The notes under the pieces were generated by a model, which made no database searches, was not told the DNA's origin, and saw nothing but the letters and a program-made list of their open reading frames with translations. From NCBI GenBank assembly GCA_963709405.1, contig CAVPXM010000021.1, forward strand, positions 224,001 through 288,000: a DNA stretch of 64,000 nt, written 5' to 3'. Positions 12,500 through 22,694 of the stretch are shown piece after piece. This DNA is from an uncultured Nitrososphaerales archaeon (GTDB lineage Archaea > Thermoproteota > Nitrososphaeria > Nitrososphaerales > Nitrososphaeraceae). The stretch's first letter is position 1, and each line of letters starts with the position of its first letter. A program made the position numbers and the translations under genes.

Positions 12500-12754
12500 A
12501 TGAATATTGGTGAATCTGAGCAGCCGGTCAACATTATTGCAAAAACCTGTGGCTGTAAAGAAAGAGGATCAAAGAAAATAGCATACTCTTTCATTGACGC
12601 ATATCATAGTCTTTGTCTTGATAAAAAAGATATTATATCATCTGAATTGGAAGCATGTGAAAGTCTATTGAAACGTACTTCAGAGGAATCAGACAGAAAA
12701 GCTATAGAAACCGAAATAACAGAATTAAAAATGGCGCTAGATCTAATGCCATAG
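12500..12754 (+). CDS. hypothetical protein
   Basis: 84 aa, ATG start, CGC motif and helical C-terminus ending LKMALDLM. Confidence 0.7.
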   Translation: MNIGESEQPVNIIAKTCGCKERGSKKIAYSFIDAYHSLCLDKKDIISSELEACESLLKRTSEESDRKAIETEITELKMALDLMP

Positions 12755-12757
12755 ATT

Positions 12758-13204
12758 CTAGAGAAGGTATTCCCTGTTGTCAAATACATGAGGTAGAATC
12801 TTTTTCAGTATAATAAAATCAGCTTCGGCATCTATATCAAATGTTAGCAGCAACAATGACTTATTTTTTAGATCGCTGTTTTGTTGAAGTGGGATTGTAG
12901 CTCGAATTTCTTTGGAATATCTACTGATCGAAAAAAGGAGATCACCAATTTTAGATTTGAATTTATCACGTGTGGCAGAACGAATGACTGCCTGGACAGC
13001 AGCTCTTTCGGCTTCTTCACGTGACATCGATTGAACTAGTCCAGCTCTGGAAGCAGATGCAATTATGTGCCCCAAATGATCAACTATTATCGCAGACCTT
13101 ATGAAATAATCAGTTTTAAGAATTTGTTCGCAGAATCCTTGTAAATATATATTTTGGTCATCAGGATTACTACTAGAATAGGTAATAATTAGACCCATCT
13201 CCAA
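12758..13204 (-). CDS. DUF6659-like / roadblock-like (profilin-fold) protein
   Basis: C..IL..D..IR.A.I.D..G.I...R.G pattern; IG...F...RY.K..RATIP. Confidence 0.65.
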   Translation of the reverse strand: MEMGLIITYSSSNPDDQNIYLQGFCEQILKTDYFIRSAIIVDHLGHIIASASRAGLVQSMSREEAERAAVQAVIRSATRDKFKSKIGDLLFSISRYSKEIRATIPLQQNSDLKNKSLLLLTFDIDAEADFIILKKILPHVFDNREYLL

Positions 13205-13699
13205 CTACAAAAGACAGTTTTTTCAATTTATTAATATCATTAAGGGTTACAATCGACACCTATAATTTTGTTTATTCATTCGTGGATGGACTTTTATTAT
13301 AGCTGAGCAGCAAGTGAGACGCCAACCAACTATTAATATTTTTTTACGATGTATGTAATGAAAGTGAGACAATTATTCTAAATTCACAGATTTTCCAATG
13401 AGATTCAATAGGTGATAATGTGATAGCGCATTGTCTTGTTTAGTAAGCCAGATAGACCTCAAAAACACCCAGGTTTGAAGATATTCATGCAAATTGAGGC
13501 TATGACGAACAACATGTTCCATTACAGGAGAAAAATCTAATCTAACGTAAACTAAACGGACTAATTTGATTATTGGTTAGATGGCTATATGTCATAAGTG
13601 GCTATTAGCCAACCAAATTTCTTGGGAGAATCTGTTCTTAGAATGGTCAATAAATATTTAAAGATCTAGCTAAAAACTGGTAGCATTGATAGAGAGGAT

Positions 13700-14653
13700 T
13701 CAATTATTTAACTCAGGAAGTTTTTCTTTAAGATCCTTAAATCTATTTCTTACGGTTACCTCCGTTACACCTGCTGCTTTTGCAATATCGATCTGAGTCT
13801 TATTTTCACCAGTCCCAAGACAAGACATGTAGATGACAGTCGCCGCCAAACCCATGGGATCTTTTCCAGCAGATATCTCTTTTTCAGTAACCTGGCTCAT
13901 TATGGCCATCGCTTTCCTCTTTGTCTTTTCATTTAAACTTACTTTATTCGCGACCTTTACAATGCATTTCATAGGGTCTAATATTGGAATTGATATGCCA
14001 AGTTCAAAGCTCAATATTCGATAAGCTTTTGATATTCTCTTCTCTCTAATAGAACTAGCTTGGGCAACCTCATTTAGCGTCTTTGGAACTCCCAATTCCC
14101 TGCAAGCCGCATATACTGCAGCACCTAAAATACTATCTATTGTCCTTCCTCTTACTAATCCCCTTTGCTGAGCTTTTCTATATGTGTAAGCGGCTTTTTC
14201 AACTACTGCATCTGGTAAACCTAACCTATCTTTTAATCCATAAAGCTTGTGAAATGCAATCATAAAATTCCTATCGCTGGATTTGGAAAGTTGTGTTCTG
14301 AGATTCCATGTTCTCAACCTTTGCATTTTAGAATATGTGGCAGCATCTAATTTTTGACCGCTGGCATCTCTATCGGTCCTACCTATGGTTGTGGATAATC
14401 CCATATCGTGAAAGGCAATGGAGGTGGGTGGACCTAATCTAATTTTGTTATAATCTTGCTCATTACCAAATGTACGCGAATCTGGTCTCGTACTATCTTC
14501 GATACGATCATTTATTACCATACCACACTTTGAACAGATGATTTCACCAGATTCAACATCCGTGATAACTGTTGATGTCTCACTAGGATTATCTTTACGA
14601 GCAGGACTACCATTGCATACCGGACATATTATACTTGTAACTTCATTTTTCAT
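13700..14653 (-). CDS. tfb: transcription initiation factor IIB
   Basis: CPVC...CSKCG Zn ribbon, HD.GLST.I, two cyclin repeats, GK.P.GLAA, VTEVTVRNR HTH. Confidence 0.96.
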   Translation of the reverse strand: MKNEVTSIICPVCNGSPARKDNPSETSTVITDVESGEIICSKCGMVINDRIEDSTRPDSRTFGNEQDYNKIRLGPPTSIAFHDMGLSTTIGRTDRDASGQKLDAATYSKMQRLRTWNLRTQLSKSSDRNFMIAFHKLYGLKDRLGLPDAVVEKAAYTYRKAQQRGLVRGRTIDSILGAAVYAACRELGVPKTLNEVAQASSIREKRISKAYRILSFELGISIPILDPMKCIVKVANKVSLNEKTKRKAMAIMSQVTEKEISAGKDPMGLAATVIYMSCLGTGENKTQIDIAKAAGVTEVTVRNRFKDLKEKLPELNN

Positions 14654-15803
14654 TGTAATGGATAAGCGTCAATAACACAATCACACATCTATTATATGGC
14701 AAAATACTACTTAAAGCTTGGTTGTATTTATTTATCGTACAAATGTAGAAACAGCTTTCTTGGCAATTAGTCAAGATTTCCAATTCATGGTTATTTTGTG
14801 GCATGATTATATATTTATAATATAAAATGCAGATTCGAATCTAAATTTTTGGAAAGGTATGTCTTTTCATGCTCAAAGTTGTGATTTTTAAATAATTTAC
14901 TAAACGGAGGCATTTCAATACTTTCCTGTGCTTTGTTGCACGAATCCGATATTAGTCAACTAACTTTGAAACATTCAGTAAAAAGGAGTAATCCGCATTT
15001 GGCCTATTCCTGAGAAGTACGAAAAGCATTGCAAGATGACGATCTTTCTGAATTATGCAACAAAGCACTTTCCTGATGACTATTAAATTTCCCTTTTCAA
15101 TTGGGTGTTCAAGAAGAGTTTGAAGGTAGAATTAACAAGTGGTATTTAGATTACGACGAGCTAATAGAACACAAAAAGAATCCAAACTAGGATAAGACAT
15201 AATGCTTTCATTGCTAACTACGTCTTGACATAGACGACCCCATATTAAGTGGAATTAATGGATTAGTTACTAAATGATTAGCGCAAGATAAATACAGTAG
15301 TACTTCACTAGAATATCCATGGTCAGATGAAAACAGATTTGAATGCCCTTATGGTTACAAGAAAGGGAAAATATCACTGCAAAGTTAAGTGCTGCAGATC
15401 TGTTTGAATTTGCTAACTTAGCTTTTGTACTGCCAATTGACTTAGCTATAGCTAGAAGAGATATATCTGATAGCCAAGTAAAAATAAACAGGATCTTTAT
15501 CACGCGTTAACAAATATGGAAATATTAAATAGTATAGTTGTACAAAAACTTGGTTGTATATCATCTAATAAAGAGATATTCCAAAATACATCTGGAGTTT
15601 GTTAATATTTACAGAAATCCAACTGAGGCAAAATCGCAGATCATTTTGTGACTATTAGATACAAAAATGAAACTGAAAGAATTAAGATTCCGGTAGCATA
15701 CTTGCAAACATGTCAGCCTGTCGCATACCAGCCTAACGAGTGTAATGACACGATGCCAGAAACATAGTATACCTTACACCTACGCCATTTTTAAATAGTC
15801 GTT

Positions 15804-16187
15804 GTGATACCAAAAAGACATATGTCTAGCCAGACGGAAGATCCAACACATGAAATACAGACAAAATATGATGAATTTCAGAAAGCCTGTAAGACTATAC
15901 TTCCTAAAATAGATCGAAAGTTAATTGAAGATTTTCTTTATCGCCAACAGGAGGATCCTGGCACCAAACCTATGTATAGCATTGAAGTCACTACAAAAGA
16001 AGGATTGGATACACAAAAAATAAAAGATCTAGTATGGAGCAAAATTGGGGAAATACCGGACATAGATAATCATGGCACATATTATAGAATTGAGCATATA
16101 TTAACACTGGAAGCGCTAAGGCGACTATCTGATCATGATTTTGTTTTGAGTGTTAAAGGATCGTATACAGGACCTTATTCCTTCTAG
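15804..16187 (+). CDS. hypothetical protein (start probably ATG 15822)
   Basis: 127-aa ORF with protein-like composition, TTTTTAAA box upstream. Confidence 0.65.
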   Translation: MIPKRHMSSQTEDPTHEIQTKYDEFQKACKTILPKIDRKLIEDFLYRQQEDPGTKPMYSIEVTTKEGLDTQKIKDLVWSKIGEIPDIDNHGTYYRIEHILTLEALRRLSDHDFVLSVKGSYTGPYSF

Positions 16188-16546
16188 ATATTATCTAGTC
16201 GTTGTCTAATTATTACTGCAATGGAAACAGTTGCGGCTAGATGCATTAAAGAGCTTTATCTCAGACTATTTTCATGTCACCGTAATAAATGTCGGTGATG
16301 ATATAGGTAAAAATTAACAACACAGTATTATTACCTTTCTTACTCTCTAATTCATAATAAAGACGTGAAGACTCTGTACACGAAGGCCAAAACTGGCTCT
16401 AAAACTCTTTTTAGTTTAATTTCTAAGATATACAGTTCTATTATCAGCACCTTGGCTCATTCTTTAGGAAGATGAATCAGATTTATGAAAGTGTATTTAT
16501 CCTCTTAATTAAGATAAATCATTAGATCAAAGATATATTTAGAGTT

Positions 16547-16789
16547 ATGAAGAACCCCCACAAAACTATAAAAAAAGAGGTTGTTCTACAGGCAACATTT
16601 CTAATACTTGTAGCAGCTGTTATCATACCTACTAGTGGTAACAATGCATTTGCGAAGAATGTACAAACGGTATCACCAGACAATCCTTGTGGAAACCGGC
16701 CATTACCGTTAAATATTAAGTGTGAGAACATAGCGTCACAGGTTGAAGGAAGCGATAACGTTGTAAATGGATCAGCTTCACAACGATAA
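16547..16789 (+). CDS. small secreted protein
   Basis: Signal peptide ending NAFA; C.N.....N..C.N..SQ..GSDN.VN motif. Confidence 0.6.
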   Translation: MKNPHKTIKKEVVLQATFLILVAAVIIPTSGNNAFAKNVQTVSPDNPCGNRPLPLNIKCENIASQVEGSDNVVNGSASQR

Positions 16790-17305
16790 TACGCCATACA
16801 CTTACTCACTCACTCACTGTTCTCTTTTATTATTTTTCTATTTGTAATCTAATAGTGTGTTATAGCATTATCTTTCATTTGATTAAGGGTTCTTAACGAT
16901 TATTTAATGAAGTATTTTCAAGAATTATCAGCAATTACTTTAGAGTAGGTCGCTCGAAAAAATCCATGGCATAAAGACAGGCATATTAAACTGCTTCAAA
17001 TTGACATGGATTGATTGATGATAGATATGCTGTGGTCCAGGGAAGAGAAATAGGTAGTATCCTCATCAAAACTATAATAAAATAAGATGTTGTCCATTTC
17101 GTTAGTCTGAAAACCTTTTTATCTGCCAATGACTTGATTGGACCAGCTCGACGATAATAAGAGAGATTTACACGCTGCAGAGACATGAACATAGCGGTTT
17201 GGAATATGTGATAATAGAATATTTTCTATATTCTTATTGGTAAGGAATCGTTTAAGATCTTTCCAAGTCAACCTAATTATTACTTGATTATTCTATTTCT
17301 CGCTA

Positions 17306-17476
17306 CTACTCAAAAACTTTGTTAACTGTAGTAGTTTCTTCTTCTATTGCTATTGTTGATGTTGATTCCTCTCTGCTTATCAAATCTTGTTTCATTTGTT
17401 GAAATTCCGATTCTGATATTACGCCTTGTTCTATGGGTTTAGCAAGTTTAGCCAATTCATCAGCAATTGACATCAT
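17306..17476 (-). CDS. SHOCT-domain peptide or C-terminal remnant (56 aa)
   Basis: Manual translation MMSIADELAKLAKPIEQGVISESEFQQMKQDLI matches the SHOCT pattern. Confidence 0.6.
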   Translation of the reverse strand: MMSIADELAKLAKPIEQGVISESEFQQMKQDLISREESTSTIAIEEETTTVNKVFE

Positions 17477-18053
17477 TGTTGTTGACTAATGATGACAATT
17501 ATTATTATTCATGTCTACCTGATTGTGTTGCTGCTATCGAGGCCGATGTGCTTCATATTGTCTATGGTAGAAGGTATAGATTTTCTGACATGCTTAGTTA
17601 CAGAGGGAGGGTGATAATCATAACTAGATGAACGAACTTCTTGGTCCCGATATCACAAATCACGGTTAAGGGCCCAAAATAAGCCTCTATAGTTACCAAA
17701 CGTTATAACTTAGCTTTACTTACATACTGATTTACTTCCTTAACTTCTTATACTTGCTAAATATTCAGCCTATAAAGTATATTGTTGTTATTACTCGAAT
17801 TACATGTACTCGACAGAACGACTTGAAGTATCGAAATATATCTAACGCAGAACCTAATGCTAAAACATATAGACATCAATTGATGGAAAGAGAGGCTAGC
17901 AAAGCCGTTAATCTTGACCCTTTTTAAGAAAGTTCATAGATCTCGCTAGCATTATCTCAAAACTTCCGTTCTTCGATATATACTCCCACGATCTACCTCT
18001 GACTCACTATATCTTCAAATAACTTTTCCGCCCTTGATCTTATAGACTGGGAT

Positions 18054-19250
18054 GTGGCTACCGCAAATGAAATCAAGGAGAGGCTGGAGAGAAATTGGAT
18101 TAAATTCCTCAACGAAAATTCTGCAAAGTTCTCACTAAAGACACTTTCTGGTGCTACGCCACCCTCAGTATTTGTTGGGCGCTATGGTTACCCGAAAGTA
18201 AAAGTTGGACCAATGGTGCCACCACTTCACGGAGACACAACAATACTGGATAAACCAGAGATGTGGCTCGGCAAAACTATAGAGGAGATTGTTAATTATC
18301 GTTTGTCGCTTGTGCGTGGAGTTTCGAATGTTAATATTCATAATGTTTGTGAAAAATATGTAGAATCTTTACAGGAGCTTGCGATGACAAGTAAATCAGT
18401 CGAAACTGAAGCAACGTTTGAAAAGTCACCAATCGCAGGCTTTGAGCAAGAGAAAGACTCTGGTTTAGATACTGATTCGGCGCCATTTGGCCCTGTTGCT
18501 CCCTTAACGAGCTTTAAGACATCATCTTCAATTTCAGTAGATCAAAGGATAGAAGATGCATTTTATGATAAAGATTTACCAGCAGCAGAGGCAATGGTTA
18601 ATCTTTATCAAGGAGGTGTCGAAGTCAGTAGTATTAACCGAGTTCTAAGTATCGGTATGCTAGGATTGCAAAAAAATCGCAGGTTGGTACCCACAAGATG
18701 GAGTATTTCTGCTACTGACGATGTGATATCAGCTAGTTTGATAAAAAAGATCGATATCTTTTCCGCAATTGATTCCTTCAAAGTCTATAATTATGCGCAT
18801 TTGGGTAACTATTACTCCATAATTTTAATTCCGGATGACATTTGGAGTTTTGAAATGCAGGAAGCATGGCATGATAATAATGGAAATTTGCAAGTCGGAA
18901 TAGATTTTGAAAATGCAAATGGTTTAGATCATTATCCTTCTATAGCAGGAGCATACTTTGCTGCCAGATTAGGTGTAGCTGAATATCTTTTCAAATTAAG
19001 ACGTAAGGCTGCGGCATTGATTCTAAGAGAAATACGTCCGGAGTACGTTATGCCTGTAGGAGTATGGCAGATAAGAGAAGGAGTAAGAAGGGCGTTTGAT
19101 GGACAGGCAGGACAATTTGAAAATTTCGACGAAGCTTTATCATGTGCATGTATTAATCTATCTTTATCTAAGAATGAATGGATTAGGAATAGTGAATTGT
19201 ACAAGAATAAGCGGGAACAGATGAGAATTACAGACTTTTTTAGGACATAA
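18054..19250 (+). CDS. nreA: Nre family archaeal DNA repair protein
   Basis: G.TPPSVFVGR.GYPKV.VGP, R.LVPTRWSI.ATD, GAYFAARL, P.Y..PVGVWQIREGVR; C-terminal PIP box QMRITDFF. Confidence 0.92.
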   Translation: MATANEIKERLERNWIKFLNENSAKFSLKTLSGATPPSVFVGRYGYPKVKVGPMVPPLHGDTTILDKPEMWLGKTIEEIVNYRLSLVRGVSNVNIHNVCEKYVESLQELAMTSKSVETEATFEKSPIAGFEQEKDSGLDTDSAPFGPVAPLTSFKTSSSISVDQRIEDAFYDKDLPAAEAMVNLYQGGVEVSSINRVLSIGMLGLQKNRRLVPTRWSISATDDVISASLIKKIDIFSAIDSFKVYNYAHLGNYYSIILIPDDIWSFEMQEAWHDNNGNLQVGIDFENANGLDHYPSIAGAYFAARLGVAEYLFKLRRKAAALILREIRPEYVMPVGVWQIREGVRRAFDGQAGQFENFDEALSCACINLSLSKNEWIRNSELYKNKREQMRITDFFRT

Positions 19251-19595
19251 TTGTGAAGAGATAGAGCTGGTTTAGGAAGCATAGGAAATAACACTTGCAA
19301 AAAGCAATCAGTAGTTCTATCATATTCATATCTATACATATATCACCAAACAACCCGTGCAAAAATGAGAATGGGTTTGAATTAGCCTGGTAGTATGCAT
19401 AACTTTATTATAATTGAAAATTTGTGATGTCGATACCAATTAGTGTAACTTTGCCATGGTCAAAACTTAGGACTATATTGAAAACCAAATAGAAATGGCA
19501 ATTTCAAGATCTCATTTGGATGATATAATTCATCAAATAGTTGGGGATTATAAGGACTCAAATGATTAGGCCTTTCTCTTTATACTAAACCATTT

Positions 19596-20480
19596 TCATG
19601 AGTAATTTTCTGGTAAGGTTTCAATTTCTGAGATCAAGTCCCAAATTGAATTATATCTGTTTTCTGGTTTAATCTCTATCATTTTCATAATACATCGATC
19701 TAATTTTGAAGAAATGTTTGGAAAATGCGTGGAAGGAGGTTGGACAGCCCTCTTTTCTAAGTTATTATTATTGTCTTCATAAGCAATAGGTTTCTTACAT
19801 GTAAGCATCTCATAGAATATGATTCCAAGAGAAAAGATATCAGCACGACCATCCACCTCATCCAGCCCAAACCACTGCTCTGGCGCACAATAAACCGGTG
19901 TTCCTCCAAGTTGTCCTACTACTGCAGTTAGAGCTATAGATTCTCTCTTGACATCTTTTCCGAGCCCCCAATCAGTAAGTTTTATTTCATATCTATTGGG
20001 AGTTGTATACATAATATTATCCGGCTTTAGGTCTCTATGGTATATTTTCTCACTGTGAGCTTGTGCGAGGGCATTACAAATAGGCAAGATTATTTTACTA
20101 ATCGTCCACTTGGTTTCAAAAAATTCTCCGCGGCTGAACTTTTCATCCATATGTTGTCTAAGTGAACCTCCACTCAAGTATTCCATTATATAATAAGGGG
20201 TAAATTTGGGAGGATCACCACCTACGTTCCATTGAGTAATTTTGACAATGTTTGGATGGTTTAGCTGTGAAAGTATTTTTATTTCCCTCTCAAAACGATC
20301 CTTATTGATGGTACTGAAATTTTCTAATTCTTTCAACGCATACTTGTTGTTATCTTCTCCAATCACCCCGTATACTGCTCCAAATCCACCAGAGCCTAAA
20401 TGTTTTACTATATTATATCTCAATGTGTATATGTATGCCTTGTATATACAACACAGTTTATACAGGTATGTGATTTTCAT
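19596..20480 (-). CDS. Hanks-type Ser/Thr protein kinase (true start possibly TTG near 20423)
   Basis: LGSGGFGAVY, ALK, HRDLKPDNI, DWG, GT..Y.APEQ, D.FSLG. Confidence 0.92.
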   Translation of the reverse strand: MKITYLYKLCCIYKAYIYTLRYNIVKHLGSGGFGAVYGVIGEDNNKYALKELENFSTINKDRFEREIKILSQLNHPNIVKITQWNVGGDPPKFTPYYIMEYLSGGSLRQHMDEKFSRGEFFETKWTISKIILPICNALAQAHSEKIYHRDLKPDNIMYTTPNRYEIKLTDWGLGKDVKRESIALTAVVGQLGGTPVYCAPEQWFGLDEVDGRADIFSLGIIFYEMLTCKKPIAYEDNNNNLEKRAVQPPSTHFPNISSKLDRCIMKMIEIKPENRYNSIWDLISEIETLPENYS

Positions 20481-20614
20481 TAGTCAATTCATTTATCACT
20501 GTGTATTTTGCTAAGTTTGAGGATACGCTTATCAAGATCTCGGTTGATGAGTAACAAGGCACAGAAATAAAGCCTTTAATTCATTATCTTTTCTGAATTT
20601 GGATTCGGTTATAA

Positions 20615-21199
20615 TTACTTAACTATTTCAAATGAGTTGACCATTTTATCAATCGCAGGCGTGTGTTTAAGATATTCCGTCTTTGCTTCAGAATATGATA
20701 TTGTGTAGACAATATTATTTATTATCGTCCATATATTCATTGATTGAAAGTCAGCTGGCATTGGTGTGGGGGGGCTAGTAAATGTGTAAATAATTTTGTG
20801 TGCAGGAGCTCCGGACAACACAGTATTACTTGAATTCATGATGCGAAACCCCGTGATATCCTTCGCAATTTCCAAGTTCTGTTTTGTTAATGAATTCAAA
20901 TCGCCAATTTTTTTCTGCATTTTTTCAATAGCGATAGTTACAAATGGCATGAGTGGTTGATGTTCGGTTTCCACAGCTGGGATAAATTCTACTACTTGAC
21001 CTCCTCTTGTTGTATTCTTTTCGATAGGTTTCCACAATAACGGATGTAAAACCTGGATCCCTAAACGAGAGTTCTTATAAAGAACGAACTTTGTCGCAGT
21101 ATAATCCACAGGAGCTGACATATTCATAGAGGAGGAGGAGGAAGACATGTTCATCTGCGCCATAAGTACTTGGACGCCATTAAATGAAACAAGCAGCAT
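20615..21199 (-). CDS. secreted PsbP-like domain protein
   Basis: Y.N..LGI....P..W, LSG.PAHKIIYT, VYTISY, KMVNSF.I. Confidence 0.75.
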   Translation of the reverse strand: MLLVSFNGVQVLMAQMNMSSSSSSMNMSAPVDYTATKFVLYKNSRLGIQVLHPLLWKPIEKNTTRGGQVVEFIPAVETEHQPLMPFVTIAIEKMQKKIGDLNSLTKQNLEIAKDITGFRIMNSSNTVLSGAPAHKIIYTFTSPPTPMPADFQSMNIWTIINNIVYTISYSEAKTEYLKHTPAIDKMVNSFEIVK

Positions 21200-21285
21200 G
21201 ATTATCGATAAGACGGCGCCTAGAACTGTAGGCAGTTGGAGGTACGGTTTCTTATTATGCCGAGAGTTTAAAGCTTGTCAGCCCC

Positions 21286-21504
21286 CTATTTAATCAGAGT
21301 AGGAGGTGAAGTTGGAGCCAAAGGATCGAATCCAATCCGCGACCGGCTCTCAAACGAAGGTCGAGGTGCAATGGGATCGAATCCATACCATGGTTTTTCT
21401 TGAACTTGAAACATGTCTGGTTCACAGACAACTAAAAGTCCTCCGTCCGGAGCTACATTACCAGAATGAGATGCAGGTGGACTCGTGTGCAGCAATAATT
21501 GCAA
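21286..21504 (-). CDS. possible small protein or remnant with duplicated GFDP(I/L)AP motif
   Basis: GFDPIAP...GFDPLAP; 5' end unclear. Confidence 0.3.
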   Translation of the reverse strand: MQLLLHTSPPASHSGNVAPDGGLLVVCEPDMFQVQEKPWYGFDPIAPRPSFESRSRIGFDPLAPTSPPTLIK

Positions 21505-21950
21505 TAATACTCTGCTTTGTATTAAACTTAATTTCTACTGATGCAAATAAGACAGTACAGAAAGTAAAAATCAGCCGCCTGTAATATGCGCTGTGATATC
21601 CAATTCATTAATTCAATGTCCTTCAAAGTCGTCTGCGATTGGCTGCACATTAAGTTAAGAAGGAACAGATAGCCAATATTTCCCCTTCACGTAATCGATG
21701 ATAGTCTCTTGGATCAACCAGGAATAGATACACAGGATATTTCAGTTTCTTTCTTCACACACTCTTAAAATATTTGTAGTGCTGTAGGTGGACACGATAG
21801 ACTATCGAGGATTACTTCAATATAATAGATCTCACTCTCAATCACCAGATTGCTACCGAGCTGGTCGAAAGTCCACTTCGTTCTTGAAAATGAATGGTTG
21901 AATCCAATCACTGTTGGTAATGCAATATTAAATTAAACAACATGCAAGTA

Positions 21951-22632
21951 AGCTCTGTAAAGTTAAGATAACAAATTATTGTTATGATGACTAACAAATA
22001 GATCCAACCATTTTTGTATGTGTTGCAATTTACACTTACTTTTTCTACAAGGAAAATAATCATCGAAATATTTTGTTCTATCTTTGATGTATTGTACCGT
22101 CCTTTCTATGATACTTTTCTCATATGGAGAATGGATGTGATGGTGCAGTCTCAAGAATCTACAAGCCTGTGGATACCATGTACCTCCATCAGTTGAAACA
22201 GGATAGATGTTCTCCATATCTTTTTACAAGGTTTAATATAAAACGTTCTGCAACAAACATGTTTCTCTCTTTTGATATGCTTATTTGAAGGATTTCTCGG
22301 TTATCATTCATTTTCAATGGCTATCCATAACCAGATATATTCGGAACCAACTTTAATGATAGTTTCATCAATTATAAATTCGGTAATACGTATCTATCTT
22401 TCTGGAACTTAACATCTCTGGTTTATATTTTTGAATCCAGTCTCTGATGGCAGTATGACTTCTTTTAACAAATCTAGACACAGCTTTGGAAGTATTTCTT
22501 AATGAAAGACCAAGGAAATACAGATACAGAGAATATGCTATATCCTCAGGTTCTGTTCTCTTTCTTATTTGACACATCATAAACTATATCGGAGACCTAA
22601 AGCTATAGATTTTTCCTTAACTTTACAGAGCC
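21951..22632 (-). mobile_element. IS6-family element with frameshifted transposase, TIRs and 8-bp target duplication
   Basis: TIRs AGCTCTGTAAAGTTAA (21951-21966) / TTAACTTTACAGAGCC (22617-22632); TSD TGCAAGTA at 21943-21950 and 22633-22640; LSLRNTSKA, TDGGTWYPQAC, IERTVQYIKDR. Confidence 0.93.
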
Positions 22633-22694
22633 TGCAAGTAGTATGGCTGTCTATTGTCTCGACTCGACTCGTACAGGACTGAATTAAAGTCTAG

